From assembly GCA_030704615.1 (NCBI GenBank), contig CM060731.1:38254001-38318000 (forward strand): DNA of 64,000 nucleotides, written 5' to 3'. The notes under the pieces were generated by a model. That model did no database searches, had not been told where the DNA came from, and saw only the letters and a program-made list of their open reading frames with translations. The first letter of the stretch is position 1; each line of letters opens with the position of its first letter. Below, one piece after another: positions 14,501 to 27,800 of the stretch. The DNA is from Takakia lepidozioides. Lineage: Eukaryota; Plantae; Bryophyta. Position numbers and translations under genes: made by a program.

Positions 14501-15991
14501 CCAGGCCTTGCAGTAGAAGAATCTATGAAAGCTAGCAGACCATCACGATTAAAATCCTAGACACGATGAGTATAACTCAAGTGGCTGAAATGGCTGACTC
14601 AGTGGATACATCTCCTTGGCTGGATTAACATCGGTTGCCCTGTGGGTCTGGGTGGCCACAGCCAGGAATGGTGACAACTGAGCTTCTTATGTCTGGGGGT
14701 GACACCCGCCAGGTACTAAATCTTCACATCCTTGCCCTCTTTACTACTCCTCACCCTCAGGTTGGTACAATTTTTCTTCTGCAGTGGCATGAACGTAGCT
14801 TAGCCAGGTGAATCGAACCATATGGATGTTGGAGCAAGGTCAACTAAGTAAGAAACGCCCAAGCTGCATTGCTGCGTAAGAACGGTTTGAACTGTGCAAC
14901 CATTATCTGTAACATATTTAAAGTCTTGTGGTAGAGATACTACACACATTCTGAGCCCAACTCACTTGGAGGCGATCTTCCACTGACAAGCATCTTATAT
15001 GATTCGTAACATTCTTGTAAGAACGAAAAATCTCTTAAATGACTGGGTTGGGAGGGTGCAGGCCAAGTTCTTCATAAATGTGCTGGCAGAACCTGCTGAC
15101 ACGGTACTCTCTCTCATCCTGCATATCCGGTCAATTCAAGGCTAGCAGTTATGGCTGTTGGATACAAATTTTGTCCTTCAAATGGCAATGAAATGTTCTG
15201 TCAACAACCCAGCCAAAAAAGACAATACTTCTAAGCTTTACTAGAAGGTATGATCATCATGTATCCACCCTGCCAAGAAACTTCTCCAGGAAGAGTCCGC
15301 TTAGGCCTCACTGGATGACCTGTGCGATGCGTCTGACGTCTGTCCATGGCTTACGTCTTGCGGTCCAGTCTCAGATGGCTTAAGCCGAAACCCCTAGTTT
15401 TTATGATGGCAGGAGACCAGCAATTCCCAACACTTAAATTGGACCATTTAGCTACCGGTAATAGTTAACCTTTGTCGATCAGCTCTCCCAAGTTTGCAGG
15501 TGGTTTGTCATGTATTGTAGGTTTTGTGAGCAGTGAAATCCATGGTAACATGTAAATTAGCCTCCCCATGATGTCTTGTGCATATGGGAGCCTGCAGTAT
15601 GTGCAAGCATTTTCCAAAATTTACCGTCAAAACGTTGAAATTAAGATATTGATAAATTTGTGACTTCCTGGACTTTTTTGGAGCAGGTTGCGAAGTTTCT
15701 TGTGCCTAAAATATGCATGGTAGCAGGAGACCAGAAGAAAAACAGCACGTACATTCGGTTTCTAACCGGCTTCAAAGCCTACGTCCAAATACTTGCTGTG
15801 AGTTTCTTTCCCCGCTCTTCTTGGATTAGCTTTACTGGAGTGTCTGTTAGCCTCGGAAGGCTTCTCTTGTACTCTTAGGATCATATGGAAAAAAGCTGAT
15901 TCTGCTGTTTTATATTTGAAAGGTGCTTGACTTTGTGCTGCAGAGATTATTGTTTAAGGCAAGAAAGGACCGCTACATTCCTGAGGATTGA
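8504..15991 (+). CDS. NOL: Chlorophyll(ide) b reductase NOL (NYC1-like SDR), 12 exons, with transit-peptide-like N-terminus
   Basis: Spliced product reads NVLITGSTKG-VGLALAKEFLRNGDNVVICSRS-EERV...HVDIW-INNAGTNAY...GGHIFNMDGAGADGNPTPR-FAAYGATKRS...VVVHNLS-PGMVTTELLMSG...AKFFINVLAEPADT-VAKFLVP...RYIPED* (TGA 15989-15991). It has the SDR TGxxxG and YxxxK motifs and closely matches NOL. Confidence 0.93.
9310..9980 (+). mobile_element. Degenerate 3' fragment of a non-LTR retrotransposon in NOL intron 2
   Basis: Clearly similar to 11620-12170, the 3' part of the RT-bearing relic. Both end in GGGGTCTATGGCCACAAGGCT followed by an AAC/CAA-type tail. Confidence 0.6.
11070..12170 (+). mobile_element. 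Degenerate non-LTR retrotransposon (RT remnant plus 3' end) in NOL intron 5
   Basis: RT motifs VAQGCTLSPLLFKVFMDQLL and LMFVDDL, then IIRPTLENASAVW. Frameshifts and an (ACAA)-like tail at ~12155-12166. Confidence 0.8.
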
Positions 15992-18552
15992 TGTTGGCTG
16001 AAGACCGTAGTCATAGAGCAGGCAATTGAGTGCCATTACAAAATACTGTGGAAGGGGAAATCCTTTCCTGCAGACAACTTTGGAATGGGAAAAATTGTAA
16101 GTAATTCCATTCTAATAGATGTTACAGAAGCGCCTGGTCTAGAGACTTTTTTACTTCTCTGCTTTCAGCTGGATGAACACAAATGGCAAGCTGAATGGCC
16201 TCCGATGTTTTTTGAAGTCTTGCATTGCAGGAAAGTGTCACAATATTTATTTGGCCCTGTTCTCTGGTTGTATGTGAAAGAACTGGCAGAGAATTGCGTG
16301 TAATGGAGATGGCAAAAGATAATGGAGGTAGAGAGTTTTAGCATTTCACGAATAGTTTACAACCAATCAGCCTCTTTGTCATGCAGTCCACTCCACGGAG
16401 GTGAGTTAGCAGAGTGGGATATCGCACAGATTTTCACCCAGATTTTTATAAGTTCTTGGAGTCCCATCAAAAGGTAAAGCTACACTGCAATGCAGCATTA
16501 CCTGCTGTACTAGCAAATATATTGTGAAAAATCGTGGGCTCTGCATTTCCCTGATGATGTGTGGCATATTCTGACTAGCACCCTATGTGTGGAGGTTGTA
16601 ATATGCTAAGATTTGTCATTGGGAGGAAATAGCAGTGACCTGTGATCAGTGTGCAGAAGCTATAAATTATCCTAGCAACATAAGTAATCTGGGATGTCAC
16701 TTGCACTGGAGCACAATTGCACATGTAAGTTTTGTGGTGGGATATGCAGAGGATCCTGAGCTACAAAGGTACACGGGCCATACATAGTCTTCTGAGTTTC
16801 TTACTGCGCTCAGGGAGTTTTTAACATTCAGAGTAGTAACACAACGATCACATGTTGATATAATTTGTATTCTGCATTCTACATAACCTCAACTCTTGAT
16901 GTGGTTGATCCACAGCTGTAAATCCATCTTTTCAGCTCAACTTTTTATTGGTGTCAGGGAGATGCAAGTTAGAGTGTCCCCAAAGTACATGAACAATGGG
17001 CAGAAGGATTGCAGTAACCAGACACACTTCCCGAGCCATGTAACAAGTGACACACCAACAGTAGGTTATTCTCTACAGGGCTCATGATGCCGATCTCATG
17101 CTGATTGAACTCTGACAGATGAATTGCAGATGTTAATGAGTTGATCAACTGATGTTTGCATACAAAATACTCACCCATGTTGGCTCTACTTGCACCTTGT
17201 TACTCAGCATTTTGGATGGGTTGGCTATATGTAGGCCCTTGCTTCAGGCCCTTTCCCAAGCAGACATCACCAGCCTAACAGATCTTCGTAACACCCATTC
17301 AACAACGAACATGGCTGTGCTCGTTGCACCAAAGCCCAAAACTGGGCATGAAGGTCAGGGTGTGTAGCCAATGGAATGGTATTCTATATTGTTGAACAAG
17401 CCTCTGTAGACACGGTGAGGGTCCGAGATCGCACATTGCTCTTCAATTCGTGGGCATTGCGCGACAAAAGGCTGCAGATTGTGAGCAACAAGCAAAGCAG
17501 TGCATGCCATCACTCGCATTGTCTGCTCTCTTCTGCCATTGCCAGACCTTCGCAGCGCAGACTTATTGAATTAGGTCGATGCCTTTATCAAAAGGCGCCC
17601 GAGTCCACATCCATATATTTCATTTGTCATCCGTCGTCAGCCCTAACGGAGGCACTTTATGTAACTGGGGCTAGTCAACACTAACAGCACTGGTTACGGT
17701 GGACCGGTTGTCGAATTCATACCTGGCTTTTGTTTTGCTGTCGAAGAGTGCGGAGGATTGCGAGAGTCGAGGATTGCGACGGCGCAATTTGGTGGTGGGT
17801 GGTTGATCGCAGGGAGCTTGGAGATGGATGCTGACCAATCTCCGTCTTATCAACCAAAGCCGGTAAGACCCACCTCTCTCTCTCCTCACTCTGTGCAATA
17901 CTCAGCTCAAAGAGGGCCCATGGTCGTATGAATAGTTTATGAGGGTGGATGGACGCGAAGCCAGTGAAGTGGCGAATTATACACTGCCGGCTTGTGCATT
18001 TCCTTGTGTCTGGGGCTTGCAATATGCGAGAGGCATATTGTCTCAGGAATGGGCCATCAAATCAGAATTTGTTGAATTGAGGTCAATTGCTGGAACAATC
18101 CTACAGCCCGCAATTTGAAGTCCACAGATTTATCTTCGGTGTGCCTGGAGATGCCCGTTATAGCGAATTTACGTAGAGCTAGTGCTGAAATAGTTGATAA
18201 CCTCGGGATTCCAGATGTGAGTGACATTCCGTTTCGTCAATGACTAATTCTGAATTAGGTCCTCCTAATCTTTAGTGCTGGCTGGCTTGTCCATATCCCT
18301 CATTCTTTCGGCACTTGTTGTGCAATCCATTGGTAAAAACCTAAACTCTAAAGCCTCAACACTGAAGCATGCATTAGGATAAATGCCTTTCAATAGTGGA
18401 ATTGGGGTCAATTCCCAGCAGAATCAATCCCAATTCTTTCTTATTTGAGAACGACTTGATGCAGTTGTTTTACAGTCTGTGAACGTTTGTTTCCAAGATG
18501 ATTTAAGTGTTGAGCTTGTTAAGGTGCAGCATCTGCAAGATGGCGTTATACC

Positions 18553-19420
18553 ATGGCGGGGAGAATGACGTCCGTCCAACTTTGAGGGATTCAAACTTGA
18601 AAGGAAGTGCTCACGGGATATCCTAATATTTGCCCACTCCGTTTCATAGACTTGCTTTCCAAGAGATTTGCATGACGCGCTTGAGGAGTTTGATTGAGGG
18701 GATACGGACATCTCAATACTTGGCTTTTAGAGATGTCAAAAAAGGGACTGTTGATGAGATTGACATGATGCGCGAGGAGGGACATGGATGGCTACCAGGC
18801 ATGACGATTCTATACGACGGGAGAGAAGAGATTCTGATTGTGAAGCTCATAGTTGGTGTAGTGCATGAGCTCGTGACAATAGAGTTTGGGAGGATGTTCA
18901 ATGATAGGTTGAGTCATCTAGGCCTTCCCCGAAATGTGATTGTGAATTTTGGATCAACGAGATTTGGAGACCCTTCACGCAGATCGAAGGAAGGGAATGT
19001 GGCTTACAAACCCAGGTCTCCTTACATGGAAGGGGATTGGCCAACTTTTGTAATTGAAGTTGGTGTGTCAGAGTCACTTGTTGAGTTGCATGCTGAAGCA
19101 GAATTTTGGCTCACCAAAAGTGGTGGACAACCCGCATAGTCATCATATTGAGGATCAACGAAACGGCACGAGAAATTCTTATCGAGCGGTGGGAGAATGT
19201 TCCTAGGACACGACCGGTTGGTTCCACTTCTTGTCCCAACATAGGACTTATGCAGTCTATCACTTTGCAAGCCAACGTTCAATATAATGGCCCTCCGCTT
19301 GTGATTCCTGCTGATAAAGTCTTTGATGTTGTGCCTCGAGCTGTTCTCCCAGGTGAATATCAGTTCACTGCGCAGGACCTCAGAGAATTCAGTGAAGACT
19401 ATTGGTCAGTATTGCATTGA
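18553..19420 (+). pseudogene. Intronless fungal-type Uma2/PD-(D/E)XK restriction-endonuclease-like gene, frameshifted
   Basis: ORFs 18630-19139 and 19106-19420 join across a 1-nt frameshift at ~19130 (KSGGQ/TRIVIILRI). Motifs LIVKL..VHE, GSTRF, SKEGN, WPTFVIEVGVSES, AEFWL and ILIERWE are typical of a family I recognise from filamentous ascomycetes. The 5' start is uncertain. Confidence 0.7.
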
Positions 19421-19959
19421 GCAAGTAGGCCAGACTTGGAGTAAATTGTAGGTGCTCGGAGGTTGACTTTGCGAAGCTTTTGCATCTTCTGCAAGTGTCC
19501 TAGGTTGGACAGGATTTCTCTCTCAGCTACCTGGCCCCCGCATTCACCATGGGTCTATACTGAGGTAGGACTGGTTACAAATGTTAGTGGAACTCACTTT
19601 CTTACATAGTTGCAGTTGAGCAAAGTATGTATTTAGATGTATTCGCAATTAATATAGTATTCAATTGGTATTGGAAAGCAAAGAGCAGGTCAATTGAGAG
19701 GACAAAATGTCCTTGGAGGTTATCTGTAGGGTTGATGTCAGTCGGAGATGGTCATTGTTTCCCAATTGCAGATGAGTGGATTTGCTTGCTGTCATAAGTT
19801 GATCACTGGCTTTTTCTTCCTAGGCTTGACATTTGACTATGAAAAGAAGTGTCCAACCACAGTGGAAAACTTAGAAATAACAACTAGCACATTTCGGTAC
19901 CTTCTCTGCATAGATGCATCTCTTCTGCACCACATTTGGTTGTACCATTTTGGTGACAG

Positions 19960-20960
19960 AAAACTGTGACAGAAACTAAGTAAGGCATTGATTCGTGGAA
20001 TTGATGAGACCTTTGAGGCTGTTCTTTACAAAGCAGCCAAGGCATCCCGCCCAACTGAGGAAATTAGAAAATATCAGTACATGTTCTCTTCTGCAGCATT
20101 CAACTTCAGAAGAAACAACCTTGCTCTGGAGCCTCCCGTTTATTTTGTGCCGTCTATCTACAGAAAGTTTCAAAACCTGGCTAGACTAGTGAGGGAAATG
20201 GTGCCACAACCGCCACCCACAGGATTAGGTAGTGCAACATCTCCAAGACCGGCTGAAGGACGCGAAGCTGCTGCACTGTCGATGGCTATGGTGCCACAAC
20301 CGCCACCCACAGGATTAGGTAGTGTAACATCTCCAAGACCGGCTGAGGGACGCGAAGCTGCTGCACTATCGATGGCTACCCTGGAGGGAATGAGAGAAGA
20401 TGATTTGGCTTCCACAGTTCTGGCAAATTGGAAGCAATTGATTCTGAAGAAGCATTGTCTGCTCTCCCAGATGTCATGTCAGGTGATGGGTCGTTGGCCA
20501 CAACAATGGCAGAATTAGAGACAAGTGAATCTGAGGTCCAAGGGATGGCGTTGTGGCTGGTATCTTGGCTGAAGCAGAAAATGTTGAAGCTGCTGCAGCA
20601 TGGGTTGTTCTCCCTGGTGAGGTGCCATGGGATGGTTCCGTGGCCACTATCTTGGCAAGCATTGACAACATTCAAGATGAAGAGCACAGAAAATACTATG
20701 GGAGGAGATAGCTGCATTAATTGAATCAGCTCAAATTCCTCTCCATCAAACTGCTCTTCTTCACGTGTCCATGTACAGGACACTTCATGACCTCACTGAC
20801 TCAGTAGCAGAGGTCTTTGAGAATGTGACAGAAGAATCTGAACGGCCCCTGGCTGAAAGGTTGATGCAGAATTTTCATGCAAATTTTGAGCGAGAAAGAG
20901 CCAACAAGGAAGAGCAAGAGAAACTTGATGCACAAAGGGATCAAGACTGGTGACAGGAAG
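19960..20960 (+). pseudogene. Pseudogenic copy of the large MYCBPAP-like exon
   Basis: Copy of 5002-5931 with an early TGA, several frameshifts and a 90-bp internal duplication. Confidence 0.88.
20198..20377 (+). repeat. 90-bp tandem duplication (2 units)
   Basis: 20198-20287 and 20288-20377 both encode MVPQPPPTGLGS(A/V)TSPRPAEGREAAALSMA. The source gene has a single copy at ~5255. Confidence 0.92.
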
Positions 20961-21205
20961 GTGAGCTGATTTCACCTGTTGGCTACTGTGATCCATTTAG
21001 ATGGCACCATCCTTTTAATTTACTGAGTAAACTGGTCCCAGCTACCTGGAAGGGGATAGTCAACCCCTCATGGCAACAAGACTTGCAGGTAGACTGCCTG
21101 TCTGCCTGCGTGCCAGCATCAGGATGTGTGAGCAACTGGGGATCAGGACTACTACCCAGTGAAAAGCTAAACACATTGAAGGTGGCCTGCTTTCCCAAAA
21201 ACAGT

Positions 21206-24200
21206 TCTCAGGAAAGGGAGCTCACTCCCGTTTTCCTAGTGGAACTCCGTTTGTTTTACCACGGAGAATGAATAGTTTGCAGATAATTGCCAGTATAGCA
21301 CCTGCAAAGGCGCCAGCTGACACGTCGGAGGGCACGACATCTTCCTTCAATGTGCTTATTACAGGATCTACCAAAGGTTTGTTGTCTCTCCACACTTGTG
21401 TTATTGTGTTTTCCTGACTTATACACTGATGTCCACCCGCATCAATAAGAATATAGGCGTAGTTTTAGATTTTCCACTTATATTTGTTGTCTCTAGAAAC
21501 ATACAAGTCCGCACCTCGATTCGTGTCTCGTGTTTTTGTGTCCTACGTCATACACTTGCGTTCCAAAACTTTCTTAAAGGCCGAGTAAAGATGTATCGGA
21601 ATTGCTTAAATTTAGTTCATACCTCTGGTAGTAGCTGCAAATGAAGCCTAATGGTAACGGACCTTTAATGCATAACCATGAGGACTAGAATGTTTAGGTC
21701 TTCTCTTGCCCTGCTACCCTTGCATCTTGTAATGATCCTCAACGGAAGTTGAATCAGACCGACCAAAGAGGATGTGGCCATGTGTGAACACAGGAGTTAG
21801 ATTGGCACTAGCAAAAGAGTTTTTACGAAACGGGGATAATGTCGTAATCTGTTCACGATCAGGCATGCTCTCTGCCTTCTCATCAGTCTCTAATTGGGAT
21901 GAGGATGCCTAATAGCAGATACCTTAAGATGGTCGATTCTATTTCTTGGAAGCAAGACTGTCCTGTTAAACAGCTAAGTCCTGGTGGAAAAGAGTAGAGG
22001 AGATTTTCAAGTACCTCAATATTAGGAAGGAAGAACTTACCCTGCTAGGTGAAGCTGAATTGTCTAAGGCCATCTGGGAAGCATGAAGAATTTCTGAACA
22101 GAATGAAGTTAGGCATAAAACCTCCCTGAACTGCTTCGAGTGAGTGACTTGGGTGAGGACCTTCATGATGACCTGAAGAGCCTACCTTGCCTGCCCAATG
22201 TGTTGGCAGATACAATATTGATTTTAAGACACAATGTTCGGGGTATTCTCATCGGAGAGCGAGCCTGTGTAGGACCATCAAGAACATAGTCGCTGCACCT
22301 CTGTCCACTAACTGTCAAGATCTGGAGGCTGAGCCTAAACCTTGGCCCTGTTGGGGTTTATTGTTGGGCAGATCACACACAGCAGATTGATGCTTGTGTG
22401 AACAGCTTTCTGGAGGAAATCTGGAAAGCCTGAACAAATTGTTCATATTACGGTACTAGGAGTGAGCCCCTCACAAAGGTAGCATCGATTTCCTGTCGTT
22501 CTGCCCATGGGCGTGGGGTCTATGGCCACAAGGCTGCAGCTAACAACGTCTTATGAGTACATTCTAATTGGAATCACGGATGGACCTTCAATTTGTGTGG
22601 GAAGGACACCCTCTGTAGGTTCATACTCTTCTCCAGGTTTGCTTGTTGATAATGGATGGCAAGTAATCATCCACTTCTGCAGCTAGCTAGGAAGCCAGGC
22701 TTCAGGCAGAATGAGTGTTGATGGCCATCTGTTGGTGCTGTGGTGGTTGCAATCCCTGTGCCGTTCTTATCATATGATAATTTTCTTTCTTTGTTTCTTT
22801 TCCGGCTTTAATTGGCTGAATTTGGCCTTTCTCAATTACTGCTTGCAGAGGAGCGGGTTCAGAACACAGTGCAAGAGCTCAAAGGGGAGTTTGGGGAGCA
22901 ACGTGTCTGGGTGGGTTTGTCCTTTCTAATTCCCCTCTCTGTTGGATGGAAGGGTGCCGACCAGCCATTGTCTAGAAAATTGCAGGTCTCAACCCCGAAA
23001 CAATATCTAAGATTAAGTAACAAGCTACCCTTGGTACCAAGTGATCCTTTTCTAAGATCTACATGTCCTAAGTGACTCTTCACCAAGTGTGGTTAGAGTT
23101 TTACTTGTGTAGGTTGTGCTTGTATACCCAGTTAGCAATTGGAAGGCCCCTATGGGACAGGTGGGCAGTAGTACTCACTTCTTTTTTTATGCTGGCAGGG
23201 GAAGGCTTGTGATGTTCGAGATGCGAAAAGCTTAAAAGCACTAACTGATTTGGCTAAGAGCAAGCTTGGTCATGTTGACATTTGGGTAGGCTTCATTCAG
23301 CTCTCTCTCTGTCTGCGGACGTTATAAAGCACCATTTCATTTCATTTCTCTGTTGGCTGGGCTCTACTGTTGTGTTTTTGCAGTGTTCTGCTACACTCAC
23401 ACAATGTTTGAGCATAGTTGTGCAACCTTTGTAAGTTGGGCATTGACATTCTTGGTTTCGTGATTGATGGAGTTCTAAGCTAAGTTGGGTGAGATATACC
23501 CCCATGATCCCATGTTTGGAAATACTGGAGTAAATCGGGAATAGGCAAAATGCTGATGTTGATTGTGAGGGATTGCTCAAATTGGGACGGATAAACAATG
23601 CCGGCACGAATGCATATATATACAAGCCACTGGTGGATTCTAGCGATGCTGACATCATATAAGTTTCTCAACCTGTATGCAGACAAGTTGTGGTATGGTC
23701 AAAGGCCAGAAGTCTAATTTCCTTGACATTGACCACAAGTGTAGCTCAAGGTTGTACCCTCTCCCCACTGCGGTTTTCATGAATCAGCTCCTTGAAGATG
23801 TGGAAAGGGTCGGGTTAAAGGTGGGGGATGCCACTATACCAGCTCTTATGTTTGTGGATGACCTCGCCATATCTTGGTGTTGAGTTTTCCTCCAGTTGTA
23901 ACTCGGATGCACATATACAAAAAGGTGTTAAAACACTTTGTCTCACTCAATTTTTCCACTGCAGAGGGATTAATATTGAAGTTAAAAGGACCATGCTTTG
24001 CAACATTATTAGGCCTACCTTGAAGTATGCATCTGCCGTGTTGGGTGGGCAACTCCAACCATGCTAAAACTGTAGAACCCATTCAGCTTTCGGTGCTCAT
24101 CATGTATCCACCCTGTCAAAAAAGTTCTCCAGGAAGAGTCTGCTTAGGCCTCACTGGATGACCTGTGCCTCTGTCTATTGCTTACGTTGTGCGGTCCAGT

Positions 24201-24820
24201 CCCAGATGGCTTAAGCCGAAACCCGTAGTTATTAAGATGACAGGGGACCAGCAAGTCCCAACACTTAAATTGAACCATTTAGCCACCAGTAAGAGTTAAC
24301 CTTTGTCGATTAGCTCTCCCAAGTTTGCAGGTGGTTTGTCATGTGCTGTAGGTTTTGTGAGCAGTGAAATCCATGGTAACATGTAAATTAGCCTCCCATG
24401 ATGTCTTGTGCTTATGGGAGCCTGCAGTATCTGTAAGCATTTTCAAAATTTACTGTCAAAATGTCAGAGTAAAGATATTGTTAAATCTGTAATTTCCTGG
24501 ACTTTTTTGGAGCAGGTTGCGAAGTTCCTTGTGCCTAAAATATGCATGGTAGCAGGAGACCAGAAGAAAAACAGCACGTACAGCACTGGCTTCAAAGCCT
24601 ACGTCCAAATACTTGCTGTGAGTTTCTTTCCCTGCTCTTCTTGGATTAGCCATTGGACTGGAGTATCTGTTAGCCTTGGAAGGCTTCTCTTGTACGCTTC
24701 CGGATAGGATCATATGGAAAAAAGCTGATTCCGCTGTTTTATATTTGAAAGGTGCTTGACTTTGTGCTGCAGAGATTATTGTTTAAGGCAAGAAAGGACC
24801 GCTACATTCCTGAGGATTGA
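21206..24820 (+). pseudogene. Truncated NOL pseudogene in the duplicate (3' half of exon 1, exons 2-5, last two exons)
   Basis: Lacks the start codon and the middle exons carrying the catalytic YGATK. There is a stop in exon 2 (GGAGTTAGA) and an indel in the penultimate exon. Confidence 0.88.
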
Positions 24821-27800
24821 TGTTGGCTGAAGACCGTAGTCATAAAGCAGGCATTGAGTGCCATTACAAAAGACCGTGGAGGGGGAAATCCTTTCCTGCA
24901 GACAACTTTGGAATGGGAGAAATATTAAGTATTCCATTCTAATAGATGTTACAGAAGCGTCTGGTCTAGAGACTTTTTACTTCTCTGCTTTCAGCTGGAT
25001 GGCCACAGATGGCAAGCTGAATGGCCTCCGATGTTTTTTAAGTCTTGCATTGCAGGAAAGTGTTACAATATTTATTTGGCCCTGTTCTCTGGTTGTATGT
25101 GAAAGAACTGGCAGAGAATTGCGTGTAATGGAGATGGCAAAAGATAATGGAGGTAGAGAGTTTTCGCATTTCACGAATAGTTTACAACCAATCAGCCTCT
25201 TCGTCATGCAGTCCACTCCGCCGAGGTGGGTTAGCAGAGTGGGATATCGCACAGATTTTTCGCCCAGATTTTTGTAAGTTTTTGGAGTCCCACCAAAAGG
25301 TAAAGCTACACTGCAATGCAGCATTACCTGCTGCACTAGCAAATATATCTTGAAAAATCGCGGGCTGTGCATATCCTTGATGATGTGTGGCATATTCTGA
25401 CTAGCGCCCTATGTGTGGAGGTTGTAATTTGCTCAGATTGGTCATTGGGAGGAAATAGCAGTGACCTGTGATCAGTGTGCAGAAGGTGTAAATTATCATA
25501 GCAACATAAGTAATCTGGGATGTCACTTGCACTGGAGCACAATTGCACATGTAAGTTTTGTGGTGGGATATGAGAGGATCTTGAGCTACAAAGGTACACG
25601 GGCCATACATAGTCTTCTGAGTTTCTTACTGCGCTCAGGGAGTTTTTAACATTCAGAGTAGTAATCACAATGATCACATGTTGATGTAATTTGCATTCTG
25701 CATACTACATACCCGAGGTGGTTGATCGATAGCTGTAAATCCATCGCTCATTGTTGGTGTCATTGAGATGCAAGTGCTTTGAGCGTCCCCAAAGTACATG
25801 CAATCTATTCATATTCTCGACAGGAGCAAAGCAGGGTTGGGTGTTTGTGCGTGCAGGGTTGATGATGACGATATCATGCTGATTGAACTCTGACAAAGGC
25901 ATTGCAGACGTTTGTATGCCGACGAAACACTAACCCTTGTGGGCTCTACTTGCACCTTGTTTACTCAGCATTCAGGATGGGTTGGCTATGTGGGCCCTTG
26001 CTTCAGGCCCTTTCCCAAGCAGACATCACCGGCCTAACAGATCGTCGAAACACCCATTCAAAGGATGAACCTGGCTGCGCTCGTTGCACCAAAGCCCAAA
26101 AACTGGACAAGAAGGTCGGGGTGTGTAGCACGGTGGAGGTCCGACCGAACTCATGACCACAACAGAGAGAAGGAACATCCATCGAATGTATCGAAGGTTG
26201 ATAAGCAAACAGTTGAGAGGTAGATGTTCAAAGAGAAGCCCACGCATGGAGAGAAGAGCAATTCCTGTACAAGCACGCATTGGCTCGAATGTACACTTGC
26301 AAAGCATTGCTCGACGTAACGTCTACAGAAACAACAGCCCTACAGAAACAACAGCCCCCTGGCAGGGACCCACTCTGCTCTCTGACCACAAGAAGACTAA
26401 ATCCTTTGCACAGTGCACAACAGATGGCATGATCAGCCCACTCTACTTTATGTCTACTCTCTCTCCAGTGTCGGCGTTAGACAGCGTGCTTATTATCCAA
26501 CCCACATATCAGGCGGTCTCTGCCAGATAGTGGGAAGCGAGTCACTGAGTGCGGAGACCTATGACGAGCTGGCACCAGCGTTATGCAGTTCCTTTTGCGC
26601 GAGTCCTCTTGGTTGGTCCCTGAGCGCGGTTTCTTGGGAATCCCCCAAAAGTCGAGGAGGATGATGAGGTGGGGTCTGAGCATTATCCAAACTTCACCTA
26701 GCCGAGTAGGTACTGAATTTAGCCATTGCTGACCAGGGAGGCGCCAGTGCATGCTGCAGACTCTCATCAGTTTTCTCTCTTCGCGCATGCTCGCAAAAGC
26801 AGGCTGGCCTTGGCCTTGCAGGGAAGCTCGTGCGAAGCTGCATTCATCAAGGGCGCACTTTTTTCTATCCTGACAGTGCGGAGGGAAGTGAGGGGGTTCT
26901 TCCAAAGATCATACCGTATATTCAATGCGATCCCTGTCGAATCTCCCCGCATTCTGACGTTTGCCTACACTCCGTGTACGTTGTTCCCAAGGCCTGACTC
27001 CCTCTCTCCTCTCGCCTACTCTGTGCACCGCCCAAGATCGGCTCTGCAGAGAATATTTCTGTAACCGTCTCTGCGGCGTGTCTGCCGAGCTTGACTCCGT
27101 CCCTACAATCCCAAACACATTGTCTAAGAAGCTGGCCCACAGCTCAATGCTGGATCTTTTGAGAATTCTGCGAGTCTTTGGAGGAGCAGTGTTTCTTTTT
27201 CTTTCTTTTTTCTCATTTTTGTTTCCAAGGAAACTTCTTTTTTTCTTTTTTTTCTTAAGAAGAAACCTGGGAACAATTCAGGCCCTTGAGGAGGGGGAAA
27301 AATTAACCCCCTCTCATTGGGCACACAGGAGGGATAAAATACGGAAAATTCGCCATAATGCGTGAGGTGGAATGTCAAGTGCCTGGTCGTGCCGACATGG
27401 CCCGTCAAAATATGCCACCTGTCATATAGCTACCGTTCCAGCTTGTTATTTTTGCCACATGGGCGTTGGGTATAATACACAGGTGGACCCACTAGCGACT
27501 TTTAAAATTTATTTATTAAAAAAAAAAACTGCTGTGAGTGGAGTGCTAACAAGTCCTTTCTTCTGCATGACTCATATATATGTTTATATATAGATGATGG
27601 CTTTGGCCTTAAAGTCAAATCATGCTTAGGCCTCATTGGAATAAGGTAGCTGACCTTCAACTACAAAACACAGCAGCTAGTCCAATGTAGAATGTTCACA
27701 AAAACCAATACACATCGCTCATACCTATGCATTTTGACTTGCATATGAAAATACATCCACATCAAACAAATGGACCACATCTAATTGACAACTTAGACAT

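Larger units (their letters stand above)
19501..26145 (+). repeat. Tandem segmental duplicate of ~4470-17425 with two large internal deletions
   Basis: By visual alignment, 19501-~21204 matches 4470-~6169, ~21205-24099 matches ~8646-11499, and ~24097-26145 matches ~15254-17425. Identity is high, with scattered substitutions and indels. Confidence 0.93.

Noticed and set aside
19960-24820. Functional second copies of MYCBPAP-like or NOL
   Set aside because: Stops, frameshifts, a missing start and missing catalytic exons.
26150-27600. Short overlapping ORFs as genes
   Set aside because: No recognisable domains or consistent exon structure.
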